From assembly GCA_964442375.1 (NCBI GenBank), contig CAYUAH010000001.1, positions 1 through 59,694 of the forward strand: a DNA stretch of 59,694 nt, in the 5' to 3' direction. Each line of letters begins with the position of its first letter. Positions within the stretch are counted from its first letter, which is position 1. Source of the DNA: an uncultured Hydrogenophaga sp. (lineage in GTDB: Bacteria; Pseudomonadota; Gammaproteobacteria; Burkholderiales; Burkholderiaceae_C). The position numbers and the translations under genes were made by a program. Below are positions 25,942 through 35,154 of the stretch, piece by piece. Under the pieces are notes generated by a model. It was given only the letters and a program-made list of their open reading frames with translations. It was not told the origin of the DNA and made no database searches.

Positions 25942-26744
25942 GCGGCGGCTGGGATTGCCACGCCCACCTGTTCGGGCCTTACGCCCGATTTCCGCTGGCC
26001 GCCGACCGCAGCTACACCCCACCCGAGGCCACTGAGGCCGCCTACCTGGCGCTGCTGCAGCGCCTGGGCATGGACCACGGCGTGCTGGTGCACCCAAGCG
26101 CCTACGGCGACGATTTCAGCCTGCTGTTCCATGCGTTGGACACCTACACCCAACTGCGCGGTGTGGTGGTGCTGCGCCAGGACACGGCGCTGGACCTGGT
26201 CGGCCTGCGCGCCCGGGGCGTGCGCGCGCTGCGCTTCAGCCACCGCAGCGCCGCCGGCGCCAATTTCGCCGGCAGCGCCTCCCTCGACGATTTGGTGGCG
26301 CTGGCGCCACGCCTGGCCGATGCGGGCCTGCACGCCGAGCTGTGGACGGACCACCAGGCGCTGCCCCACATCGCCGACACCTTGCGTGCCTTGCCGGTGC
26401 CCGTGGTCGTCGACCACATGGGTGGCTTTGACGTGAATGCGGGTGTGGACGAGCCCGGCTTCAATGCCCTGGTGGCCCTGGTCGAAGCGGGGCAGGCCTG
26501 GGTCAAGCTCTGTGTCTATCGCAACCTGTTGACCTCGCCCGATCTGGAGCGGGGGCGGCCTTTCCACCAGGCCTTGTTGCAGGCCAACCCCGAGCGCCTG
26601 CTGTGGGGCAGCGACTGGCCCCATCTGCGCGTGGTGCCCGAACCCGACGCGGCCGATCTGCTGACCCTGTTCAAGGCCTGGACCGGAACTGAAGCGCTGG
26701 TGCAACAGGTGCTTCAAACCAACCCGACCGCCTTGTACGCATGA
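25938..26744 (+). CDS. Amidohydrolase-family lactonase (LigI/PDC-hydrolase-like)
   Basis: 'DCHAHLFG', 'VHPSAYG', 'DHMG', 'WGSDWPH'; ATGA overlap with the upstream gene. Confidence 0.85.
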   Translation: MSGGWDCHAHLFGPYARFPLAADRSYTPPEATEAAYLALLQRLGMDHGVLVHPSAYGDDFSLLFHALDTYTQLRGVVVLRQDTALDLVGLRARGVRALRFSHRSAAGANFAGSASLDDLVALAPRLADAGLHAELWTDHQALPHIADTLRALPVPVVVDHMGGFDVNAGVDEPGFNALVALVEAGQAWVKLCVYRNLLTSPDLERGRPFHQALLQANPERLLWGSDWPHLRVVPEPDAADLLTLFKAWTGTEALVQQVLQTNPTALYA

Positions 26745-26792
26745 AGGCAATGCAGCGGCCCTCGCCGCCGCTGCTGTGTCTTGATCTCGACC

Positions 26793-27404
26793 TCAGCCGT
26801 CCACTGGCGCTGTCGTCTGAAAAGACGGACGCTGGCACAACCCATGGTGCCAGGCCGCGAGCCGAGGGGCGCTGGCACGCCATTTCAGTGTGTCAAAACG
26901 GTAGTCGATGTAGCCCAAGGCGCAACCGATCGCGATGTGCCCGATGGACAGCGGTGCGTCGGCCAGGGCAGCAGCTTCGTTCTCCAGTTGCTGCAGGCAC
27001 GCCTTGGTCTTGAGCGCGAAGGCGTCCATGAGCGGCGCAAGGGGCGTGGCGCGTTCGCGCTCGTTGCGCCACAGGATGAGCGCATCCAGCAGGCCGTTGC
27101 CCAGCGCCTGCCAGCGCAGCGCTTGCCAGCGCCTGTCGGGGGTCTTGGGGAACAGCGTGCCATGGCCCAGATCGTCCAGGTATTCGCAGATCACCCCCGA
27201 ATCGAACAGCGTCAAGCCGTTGTCGAGTACCAGGGTCGGAATTTTAGACAAGGGGTTGTCCTGCATGAGTCGCTCATTGGGTTGGAGCATGGCGGCCACC
27301 GAGCGCACCAGTTCGAGCTGCGGGAGCAAATTCAGCTCGTGGGCACACACCATGACCTTGCGCACGTAGGGCGACTTGGGGGACCAATGCAAGCGCATCA
27401 TCAC
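26793..27404 (-). CDS. Glutathione S-transferase
   Basis: 'SPYVRKV', 'NPLSKIPTL', 'FDSGVICEYL'. Confidence 0.92.
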   Translation of the reverse strand: MMMRLHWSPKSPYVRKVMVCAHELNLLPQLELVRSVAAMLQPNERLMQDNPLSKIPTLVLDNGLTLFDSGVICEYLDDLGHGTLFPKTPDRRWQALRWQALGNGLLDALILWRNERERATPLAPLMDAFALKTKACLQQLENEAAALADAPLSIGHIAIGCALGYIDYRFDTLKWRASAPRLAAWHHGLCQRPSFQTTAPVDG

Positions 27405-28630
27405 ACCACCCCCGCTGCCTGCAAGGCCTCGATGTCTCCTTGGCCATAGCCCAGCTCTGCGAGTATGGTTTCGGTGTGCTGTCCCAGCAGCGGGGGCGGC
27501 GAAAGTGTCTGCAGTTGGGCGTGGCCAAAGCGCATGGGGCTGGACACCTGGGGCACGTCCACGCCGCTGGGGTGGGGTACGTGTTTGAGCATGCCACGCG
27601 CCACCACCTGCGGGTCTTTGAACACATCGGCCACGCTGTTGATCGGACCACAGGGCACACCGGCCTGGTCCAGTGCCGCGATGATCTCGGCACGCGGGCG
27701 CTGCACGAAGGCCTCACGCAGCAGGGCCGATAGGGTGGTGATGTGGCGCACCCGCTGTGCGTTGGTGGCAAAACGTTCGTCCAGCGGCCACTCGTTGTGG
27801 CCCAGCACCTCGCAGAGCTTGGCGAACTGGCCGTCGTTGCCCACCACCAGAATCACATCACCATCGGCGCAGCTGTAGACGTCCTGTGGCTGGATGTTGG
27901 GGTGGGCGTTGCCGTTGCGTGTGGGCACCTTGTCCGACACCAAGTAGTTCATGGCTTGGTTGGACAGGGTGGCCACCTGCACGTCGAGCATGCCGATGTC
28001 GATGTAGTCGCCCACGCCGGTTTCGTTGCGGCGGGCGAGGGCGGCCAGCACCGCCACGGCGGTGTACATGCCCGTCATCAGGTCAACGATGGGGATGCCC
28101 ACCTTTTGGGGGCCGGCACCGGGTTTGCCGTCTTTTTCGCCGGTCACGCTCATGAGCCCGCCCATGGCCTGGATCAGGAAATCGTAGGCCGGCTGGTCGC
28201 GGCGCGGGCCGGTTTGACCAAAGCCGGTGACCGAGCAGTAGATCAGCCGGGGATTGATCTGGCGCAACGAGGCTTCGTCCAGCCCATAGCGGGCCAGCGT
28301 GCCGGCCTTGTAGTTCTCCAGAACGATGTCGGCTTGCAGGGCCAGCTCGCGCACGATGCGCTGGCCTTCGGGTTTGTCCAGGCTCAACGTGATGGAACGT
28401 TTGCCTCGGTTGACGGCGAGGTAATAGCCGGCTTCCTTGGTGTCGCGCCCATCGGCGCCCTTCAAGAAGGGGGGGCCCCAGGAGCGGGTGTCGTCGCCAG
28501 CGCCAGGGCGCTCGACCTTGACGACATCGGCGCCAAGGTCGGCCAGGACTTGGGCCGCCCACGGGGCCGCGAGGATGCGGCTGAGGTCCAGGACCTTGAC
28601 GTGGGACAGGGGGCCGGTGGAGGTGTTCAT
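27401..28630 (-). CDS. CaiB/BaiF class III CoA-transferase
   Basis: 'LDLSRILAAP', 'NRGKRS', 'ENYK', 'FGQTGP', 'YD'. Confidence 0.93.
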   Translation of the reverse strand: MNTSTGPLSHVKVLDLSRILAAPWAAQVLADLGADVVKVERPGAGDDTRSWGPPFLKGADGRDTKEAGYYLAVNRGKRSITLSLDKPEGQRIVRELALQADIVLENYKAGTLARYGLDEASLRQINPRLIYCSVTGFGQTGPRRDQPAYDFLIQAMGGLMSVTGEKDGKPGAGPQKVGIPIVDLMTGMYTAVAVLAALARRNETGVGDYIDIGMLDVQVATLSNQAMNYLVSDKVPTRNGNAHPNIQPQDVYSCADGDVILVVGNDGQFAKLCEVLGHNEWPLDERFATNAQRVRHITTLSALLREAFVQRPRAEIIAALDQAGVPCGPINSVADVFKDPQVVARGMLKHVPHPSGVDVPQVSSPMRFGHAQLQTLSPPPLLGQHTETILAELGYGQGDIEALQAAGVV

Positions 28631-28703
28631 GGTGATGTGAAAGGATCGGTGTGTGGCCTGGTGACTCTAGGTGGCATCCGCCTGCGGGGCTATAGGTTGC
28701 GCG

Positions 28704-28718
28704 GCAATGCTGAGATGC
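28704..28718 (-). promoter_or_regulatory. Operator site 2
   Basis: Minus strand GCATCTCAGCATTGC, 34 bp before TAGAGT. Confidence 0.7.
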
Positions 28719-28743
28719 CTGCCCACGCAAGACGGACTGGGAC

Positions 28744-29727
28744 TCATTTGGCGAGCAGGTCCAACCGGGCCAGCAGTGCTTCCATGGCCGCTTTGTCCTG
28801 CTGCACATAGGCGGTGGTTTCCGCTGGCGACAGGTCCAGCCGCTCGGCGCCCATGCCGTCAAGCACCTTGAGGTAGGTGGGGTCCTCATTCGCTTCTGCT
28901 ACGGCCTTGCGCAGCGTTTCGATGACGGCGGCAGGTGTGCCCTTGGGGGCGGCCAGCGTGTACCAGGTCGAGGCAGCGGTGGCGCCATAGCCGGCTTGCG
29001 ACAAGGTGGGCACCTGGGGCAACAACGGCGTGGGTTTGGCGCCGCCGTAAGCCAGGGCCTTGAGCTTGCCGTCGGCGATGAAAGCTTTGGTGGCCGCGAG
29101 GTTGAGCATGCCCATTTGCACCTGGCCGCCCAGCAGGTCTTTGAGGGCCGGAGCAGCACCGCTGTAGGGCACGTGGGTGATCTTGATCTGGGCCGCCTGC
29201 GCGAAGGCCTCGGCCCCCAGGTGCGTGGCGCCGCCTGTGCCGGCCGACGCGTAGTTGAGAGTGCCCGGCTGCTTGCGCGCCAGCGCCACCAGGTCCGCCA
29301 GCCGGTCCACGCCCAGCGAGGGGTGCGCGACCAACACGTTGGGCTGGTTGGCCACGACGGCGATGAAGGCAAAGTCGGCGATGCCGTCGTAGGCGATGCG
29401 CTGCATGAGCGGTGTCACCACGTGCCCGGCCGAGGTGCCCACCAGCAGCGTGTGGCCGTCGGGTTTGGCGCGGGCCACATAGGCCGTGCCGATGGTGGCG
29501 GCACCCCCGGCCTTGGCCTCCACGATCACGGGCTGTTTCAGCCGCGCTTCCAGTTGTTGCGCCAGCGCGCGGGCCATGGTGTCGGCCGGACCACCGGCGG
29601 CGTAAGGATGGACCAGTGTGATGGGGCGTGACGGGAATGCCGTTTGCGCTTGTACCAGGGGAGTCGCGCAGAGGGCGGCCAGTGCCAGCAGCGATCGGCG
29701 GTGGACGGGGAAAAAAGGCTTGAACAT
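28744..29727 (-). CDS. Bug/TctC substrate-binding protein
   Basis: 'FPSRPI..PYAAGGPAD', 'HVPYSG'. Confidence 0.92.
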   Translation of the reverse strand: MFKPFFPVHRRSLLALAALCATPLVQAQTAFPSRPITLVHPYAAGGPADTMARALAQQLEARLKQPVIVEAKAGGAATIGTAYVARAKPDGHTLLVGTSAGHVVTPLMQRIAYDGIADFAFIAVVANQPNVLVAHPSLGVDRLADLVALARKQPGTLNYASAGTGGATHLGAEAFAQAAQIKITHVPYSGAAPALKDLLGGQVQMGMLNLAATKAFIADGKLKALAYGGAKPTPLLPQVPTLSQAGYGATAASTWYTLAAPKGTPAAVIETLRKAVAEANEDPTYLKVLDGMGAERLDLSPAETTAYVQQDKAAMEALLARLDLLAK

Positions 29728-29775
29728 GGTTGTCTCCTGTGGGTCTTGTGATGAGGCGCGGGCTGGCTCGGTGCG

Positions 29776-30450
29776 TCAGGTGCCACGGGGCAGGTCAGTT
29801 GGTGCCCAGCCTTCCCCGCCGGGGGGCTTTTGCAACATGGGGCGGTGGAAAATTTCGCCCAGGCCGGCGTAGAACGGCCCGCCCAGCCGGGCCACCGGGC
29901 GCATGGCCACCGAGTCCACGCGCTTGCCGTCGTAGACCGCGTCCGACAGGTGGAAGGCCACGACCTCGCCGATGTAGAGCGTGTTGATGCCACGCCCCAG
30001 GGTGATGATTTGGTCGAGTCGGCATTCCATCTGCACCGGTGCGCTGGCAATGCGCGGTGCCCGCACATGGCGGCTGGGCAGCAGCGTGATGCCCAGGGCC
30101 TCTGGTTCGCTGACCTCCGGACCGAACTCCTGGGCACTGCGGTGCATCAGCTCCATGTCGTGTTCGGTGGCCACGTTCACCACAAATTCGCGGGTCAGGG
30201 CGATGTTGCGGGCCGTGTCTTTGGTGAGGCCGCTGCCAGGCCGTGTGGCGATGTTGACCGCCAGCATGGGTGGGCTGGTGGCAACGTAGTTGTAGGAGCT
30301 GAAGGGGGCGGCATTGACCAGGCCGTCGCCATTGACCGAAGTGATCCAGGCCACGGGCCGGGGCACCACGCAACCTACCAGCAGTCGGTAGGCGGTTTCG
30401 GTGTCGAGGCGTTCGCCGTCGACGCAGGTGTAGCCGTTAGGCGTTGTCAT
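29776..30450 (-). CDS. Flavin reductase-like (FMN-binding split barrel) protein
   Basis: 'VVPRPVAWITS', 'NAAPFS', 'KDTARNI', 'ARLGG'. Confidence 0.88.
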   Translation of the reverse strand: MTTPNGYTCVDGERLDTETAYRLLVGCVVPRPVAWITSVNGDGLVNAAPFSSYNYVATSPPMLAVNIATRPGSGLTKDTARNIALTREFVVNVATEHDMELMHRSAQEFGPEVSEPEALGITLLPSRHVRAPRIASAPVQMECRLDQIITLGRGINTLYIGEVVAFHLSDAVYDGKRVDSVAMRPVARLGGPFYAGLGEIFHRPMLQKPPGGEGWAPTDLPRGT

Positions 30451-30457
30451 GGTCTTG

Positions 30458-32188
30458 TCAGTTCCGGATGGGTGTTGCGTCGTGCCGGCAGGCGTAGCTT
30501 GCAGCGTTCTCAGGGTTGCCATGGCCGACATATCGCGGATAAAGCGGGAAGCGGCACATCGGCTTGGTGGCCCTCACTGTGAAGGGCGGCTGTGTGTCCA
30601 TCGTGGCGCCCACCGGCGCGTCGGGTGGCTCGCGCCCGTGCTCCACCCAGTCGGTGAGCATTTCGATCATGTCGAAACGCGAGGGGATGGGCTTTCCGGT
30701 GGTCAGACTCGCGCCGTCGCCTGCGTGGCCCGTGTTGGGCAGCACGTAGTAGCGCAGATGGCGTTCCAGCGCGTCTTGTCCGTGGCGCGCCAGCACCGCC
30801 TCGTACCACGCGGTCAACATCTGAGGGTTCACTGCGTAGTCCGAGCTGCTGGACTTGATGATCAGTTTGCCGCCGCGCGCAAGAAAGCGGGACAGATCGG
30901 GGTTGGTGCTATCGATCAACGCGGACGCGGCCTGGATGCGATCGCGGTGGGCCTCGATGCGGAAGTCCAGCAGGTTCAACGCTGGATCTTTCAGGATCCC
31001 GTATTGAACCGTGGTGCCGGGCTGGCTCAGGTTGGGACGAGCGCCCACCTGCGGTTGCGGGGTGATGTTTAGCCAGCCGCTGTGCTCGCGACCGGTGCCG
31101 TAGGCTGGCAAGGCCGTGTGCCCATGTGCCAGCGGAAAACCGAACGAGGTGGGGCTTCGAAAGCGCACTGCCATGGCGATCTGGGCGTCTGACAGGCAGC
31201 GTGCTGGTGACCCCGCTGGACTTGAGCCGCCCGCGCAGCGGATGGCTTGGTAGGGCTGGGCACCCCGGTCGGGGGCGAACAGCGCGTTGCACCCCCGGTA
31301 GTGGCTGATGACGCCGTCCGCCAGGCCATCCAGCGCATCGCATTGCCGCATCACCTCGTGTGCGATGAGCGAGGCAGCGGCGGGCGACAACCAGGCGTCC
31401 CCGGTCTGGTGGGTGGCAAACACCGTCTTGGCCACCACGTGGGCCGCGTAGCCGATCAGCGGGACCGTGGCCATCACCCCGTCGTAGTCGTCCGGGTAGC
31501 GCTGCGCCACCTCCAGCGCTTCACGCCCGCCCTGCGAGGTGCCCATGAAGTAGGTGGTGCGCGGACGCTGGCCATGCAGGCGCATCAGCACGGCCACCGC
31601 AGCGTCGCGGGTTTTCTTCAAGCCCGCATGGGCGAAGTTGACCCACGCTTCGTCGTTGAGCGCCCAGTCGCCCGCTGGGCCCTGGTGGCCGGAGTCGCCG
31701 CCGAACACGGCATAGCCGCGCGTGAGCGGGTAGGGCACATCGGGTGGCATCGCAGCGCTCACCGGGCTGCCCGATGCGGCCACCACCGCGAGGTTGGCCG
31801 GGACGCTGCCATTCAGGCCACCACCGCCGATGTGCATGGCGCGGCCGTTCCAGGCCGTTGGCACGTTGAGCTGAAACTGGATGACCGGCGCGGTCACGTC
31901 CACCGGGTCGATTTCACCCTTTACCTCGCAGTAGGCCGGCAAAGCGTGCAGCCAGGTGCCGTTGTTCGGGTGGGGGCCGGCTTCGGTGGGGGCCTTCACC
32001 TGTGCGGAAGTGATGCGGGCACCGCGTGTGGGCAGGGCGATGGCGCTGGCTGGCAGTCGCAGTTGGGCCAAGTGCTCGCAGGCCATCACGGGCGCGATGG
32101 CGGTGGGTGGGGTAGCTGGCAGGGGCTGGCTCGCGCAGCCCATCAGAAGCGCCGTCGCGCCGAGTGCAAACCATGCGTGCTGGGTCAT
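30458..32188 (-). CDS. Tannase/feruloyl esterase family lipoprotein (MHETase-related fold)
   Basis: Lipobox LMGC; 'WNGR..GGGG', 'DSGH', nucleophile GTSQGG, 'CDALDGLADG', 'NPDLSRF..RGGKLI', 'GH'. Confidence 0.88.
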   Translation of the reverse strand: MTQHAWFALGATALLMGCASQPLPATPPTAIAPVMACEHLAQLRLPASAIALPTRGARITSAQVKAPTEAGPHPNNGTWLHALPAYCEVKGEIDPVDVTAPVIQFQLNVPTAWNGRAMHIGGGGLNGSVPANLAVVAASGSPVSAAMPPDVPYPLTRGYAVFGGDSGHQGPAGDWALNDEAWVNFAHAGLKKTRDAAVAVLMRLHGQRPRTTYFMGTSQGGREALEVAQRYPDDYDGVMATVPLIGYAAHVVAKTVFATHQTGDAWLSPAAASLIAHEVMRQCDALDGLADGVISHYRGCNALFAPDRGAQPYQAIRCAGGSSPAGSPARCLSDAQIAMAVRFRSPTSFGFPLAHGHTALPAYGTGREHSGWLNITPQPQVGARPNLSQPGTTVQYGILKDPALNLLDFRIEAHRDRIQAASALIDSTNPDLSRFLARGGKLIIKSSSSDYAVNPQMLTAWYEAVLARHGQDALERHLRYYVLPNTGHAGDGASLTTGKPIPSRFDMIEMLTDWVEHGREPPDAPVGATMDTQPPFTVRATKPMCRFPLYPRYVGHGNPENAASYACRHDATPIRN

Positions 32189-32847
32189 CGTGGGAGCTTC
32201 GTGGGTGGGTGGGCGGTTTGTGGGTGGGTTGCCTGACGCTGCTGGGCCAGCCATTCCAGAATGTGTTCGCGCTGTTGCTGCGCGTGGGCGTGTTCCTCGT
32301 CGTAGAGGCTGCGACCGTGGGCGTCGATGGCCACGGTGGTGGGCCCCAGGCCTTGCACCCGCAGGCGCACCAGGCGGTAGTGCATCAGCATGTCGCTCCA
32401 GCCCACCTCCAGCACGGCGGTGACGGCCTGCGACAGCAGCGTGCAGCCGCCCCCCAGAAACGACAGGTAGACGCCACCCACTTGCTGGAGCGCCTGGGCG
32501 CAGGTGGCGTCCAGACCCCCTTTGCCGCCCACCGCGTGCCAGCCAAAGCCCTGCAGCAGGCGTGGCATGTAGGGGTTGAAGCGGGTGCTGGTGGTGGGGT
32601 TGAGGTAGAGCAGTTCCAGGCGGCCCGCCACCTCGCGGCTGAAGCTGCCCAGGTGGAACACCGACGCGCCGTGCAAGTCCATCGGTGGCGTCTCCTCGCC
32701 GTCGAGGCAACGCAACAGGCGTTGGTGTGTGGGCAAACCGGCGGTGACGATGATTTCGCCATCCATCACCACCTGATCACCGGCGCGCAGACCGAGTGCG
32801 TCGCTGTGGCTCAAGGGAAAGTTCAGGCGGTGGGTGCGTGGGCCCAT
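32185..32847 (-). CDS. Fe-S hydro-lyase beta subunit (tartrate dehydratase TtdB / class I fumarase C-terminal family)
   Basis: 'LRAGDQV', 'PTTSTR', 'VGGKGG', 'GPTTVAIDAHG'. Confidence 0.82.
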   Translation of the reverse strand: MGPRTHRLNFPLSHSDALGLRAGDQVVMDGEIIVTAGLPTHQRLLRCLDGEETPPMDLHGASVFHLGSFSREVAGRLELLYLNPTTSTRFNPYMPRLLQGFGWHAVGGKGGLDATCAQALQQVGGVYLSFLGGGCTLLSQAVTAVLEVGWSDMLMHYRLVRLRVQGLGPTTVAIDAHGRSLYDEEHAHAQQQREHILEWLAQQRQATHPQTAHPPTKLPR

Positions 32848-32851
32848 GGTG

Positions 32852-33721
32852 TCACTCCAGAATCTCGACGCGGCCATCGTTGTGCAGGCGGGCGCGTGTG
32901 CGGCGGTTGATCCAGCAGTTGAAGGCCACCGCCACGGGGGTGAAGCCGTGCCCGGCGCAGTACTCGACGTTGACCGCCATCGCGGTACTGTCGCCGCCGG
33001 TGCCCATCGGGCCGAAGCCGGTCATGTTCACCGCCTGCGCCAGCCGCTGTTCCATGGCCGCCACCATGGGCTCGGGGTGGTGCTGGCCGATGGGGCGCAG
33101 TGTGGCTTCCTTGGCCATCTTGGCGGCGTAATCGAAGGTGCCACCCACGCCGACACCAATCACCACCGGCGGGCAGGGCTGGGCGCCGGCCTTGATGACG
33201 GTGTCGATCACAAAGGTTTCGATGGTGGGCAGGTCGGGCAGGGTGAAGATGTCCAGCGCCGCCCAACGGCCCGATCCCAGCGCTTTGGGCGAGCAGATGA
33301 TCTCGACGAAATCACAGTCGTCCACCAGGTCGAAGGTGACGATGGGCATGCCCTTGCCCTGGTAGCCGCGCTCCAGCGTCAGGGGATGTGTGACGTGGGG
33401 CAGCAGCGGTGGCTGGATGCTGGCCACCAGATCAGCAAACCCGTTGGTGATGGCCTGGCGCACCTGCCCGGCGAACGTGGCTTGTGCGCCGACCTTCACG
33501 AAGTACACCGGCACGCCGGCGTCGGAGCACACGAAGTGCTGTTGGCGGGCCGCCGCGTCGGCGCTCTCGAGCATCAGCTTCAGCGTGTGCCGGGCCGTCT
33601 CGTTGCGCTCGATGCCGCTGGCCTGGCGCAGCGCATGTTCGGCGTCTTTCGGTATGCCGCGCAGGGCCCTGTCGTAGAGCTGAGCGGTAACGGATTGAAT
33701 GGTGTCGGCTGTGATGGGCAT
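32852..33721 (-). CDS. Fe-S hydro-lyase alpha subunit (TtdA / class I fumarase N-terminal family)
   Basis: Three Cys motifs: CSDAG, PCPP..GVGVGG, FNCW; 'GFGPMGTGG'. Confidence 0.85.
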   Translation of the reverse strand: MPITADTIQSVTAQLYDRALRGIPKDAEHALRQASGIERNETARHTLKLMLESADAAARQQHFVCSDAGVPVYFVKVGAQATFAGQVRQAITNGFADLVASIQPPLLPHVTHPLTLERGYQGKGMPIVTFDLVDDCDFVEIICSPKALGSGRWAALDIFTLPDLPTIETFVIDTVIKAGAQPCPPVVIGVGVGGTFDYAAKMAKEATLRPIGQHHPEPMVAAMEQRLAQAVNMTGFGPMGTGGDSTAMAVNVEYCAGHGFTPVAVAFNCWINRRTRARLHNDGRVEILE

Positions 33722-33785
33722 GGGAGCACTTGTGTGGCTGCGGCGCAGTGTAGGCAACGCGCTGGCCTGCGTGTTGGGCTGGTCG

Positions 33786-33800
33786 GCAAAGCAGCTATGC
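33786..33800. promoter_or_regulatory. Operator site 3 (divergent promoter)
   Basis: Minus strand GCATAGCTGCTTTGC; 33 bp to TACACT (minus) and 35 bp to GACAAT (plus). Confidence 0.72.
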
Positions 33801-33876
33801 AGCTTCGGGGGCTGGCTTGCGCGAGGGCGCATTTCGACAATCCACGCTGACCCACACCAGGCGCAGGAGACATGCC

Positions 33877-35055
33877 ATGACCACAGCCACCCCCACGGGC
33901 GGGCCGCTCGCCGGCTTCGTGGTGCTCGACCTCAGCCGGGTGTTGTCTGGACCGTACTGCACCATGATGCTGCGTGACCTCGGCGCCCGGGTCATCAAGG
34001 TGGAGCAACCCGACGGCGGCGACGAGGCTCGTCACTTCCTGCCTCTGGGGCCTGACGGTGCATCGGCGTATTTCGCGGCGATCAACCGTGGCAAGGAATC
34101 GATTGCGCTGGATTTGAAACAGGCAGCCGACCGCACGGTGTTCGAGCAGCTGCTGGCGCGTGCCGATGTGCTGGTGGAAAACTTCCGTCCGGGCGTGCTG
34201 GACAAGCTGGGCTACGGTTTTGCCACCCTGTCGCAGCGGTATCCGGCCTTGGTGCTCGCTTCCATCTCGGGCTTCGGGCAGACCGGTCCCTACCGTGCCC
34301 GCGCCGCCTACGACGTGGTGGTGCAGGGCATGAGCGGCATGATGAGCATCACCGGCCACGCCGGTGCTGCGCCGGTGCGGGTCGGGTCGTCCATTGGCGA
34401 CCTGTCGGCCGCTCTGTTCGCCTGCAACGGCATACAGGCCGCCCTGCTGAAGAGAGGGCGCACAGGCCTGGGTTGCCATGTGGATGTGTCCATGCTCGAG
34501 ACCCAGATCGCCTTGCTCGAAGGCGCGTTGCCCGAGCTGTGGTGTTCGGGTGTGGCGCCGGGTCCGCTGGGCGCCCGCCACCCGGGCACCGCCCCCTTTG
34601 ATGCCTTCGCGGCGGCGGACGGGCATGTGGTGATCGCTGCCGGCTCCGACCACCTGTTCACCCGCTTGGCGGACGTTTTAGGCCAGCCCGAATGGCCTCA
34701 GGACGAGCGCTTTGCTGGCCGCGCCCAGCGGGTGCGCTACCAGGCCGAACTGAAGTTGCTTATCGAGCGTGTGCTGGCCACGGCACCGGTGGCGCACTGG
34801 CTGGTGCGGCTGGACGAGGCGGGTGTGCCTGCCGGCCCGCTCAACGACGTGGCCGACATGCTGGCCGATCCGCAGGTGAACGCCCGCGGTGTTTTGCCCG
34901 AGATCGAAGCCACGGGCGGGCAACGCGCGCCGGTGACACCCATCCAGTTTTCGACCCAGGGCTACCCGGCCCGCCTGCCGGCGGTGCCCGGGCTGGACGA
35001 GCACCGCGCAGACATCTTGCGTTTTGCGCAAGGTCAGGAGGCCGACCGTGCATAG
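33877..35055 (+). CDS. CaiB/BaiF class III CoA-transferase
   Basis: 'LDLSRVLSGP', 'NRGKES', 'ENFRPG'. Confidence 0.93.
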   Translation: MTTATPTGGPLAGFVVLDLSRVLSGPYCTMMLRDLGARVIKVEQPDGGDEARHFLPLGPDGASAYFAAINRGKESIALDLKQAADRTVFEQLLARADVLVENFRPGVLDKLGYGFATLSQRYPALVLASISGFGQTGPYRARAAYDVVVQGMSGMMSITGHAGAAPVRVGSSIGDLSAALFACNGIQAALLKRGRTGLGCHVDVSMLETQIALLEGALPELWCSGVAPGPLGARHPGTAPFDAFAAADGHVVIAAGSDHLFTRLADVLGQPEWPQDERFAGRAQRVRYQAELKLLIERVLATAPVAHWLVRLDEAGVPAGPLNDVADMLADPQVNARGVLPEIEATGGQRAPVTPIQFSTQGYPARLPAVPGLDEHRADILRFAQGQEADRA

Positions 35056-35064
35056 CTGCTTTGC
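35050..35064 (+). promoter_or_regulatory. Operator site 4
   Basis: GCATAGCTGCTTTGC (identical to site 3), 35 bp before TAGATT. Confidence 0.72.
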
Positions 35065-35154
35065 GGTCTGCGTGTCTGGCTCGCAGGAGGCCTTCGCCCT
35101 AGATTTCAGACCATGCCACACCTGGTGGCCATCCACACGAGGAGCAAACCAACG

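Noticed and set aside
32203-32228. G-quadruplex-like GGGT runs (also ~47710-47765)
   Set aside because: They are on the template strand and are explained by C/A-rich unstructured sequence before start codons
33786-35064. 15-bp inverted repeats flanking a CoA-transferase gene as transposon or invertible-element ends
   Set aside because: No transposase or target duplication; better explained as two copies of the six-site operator
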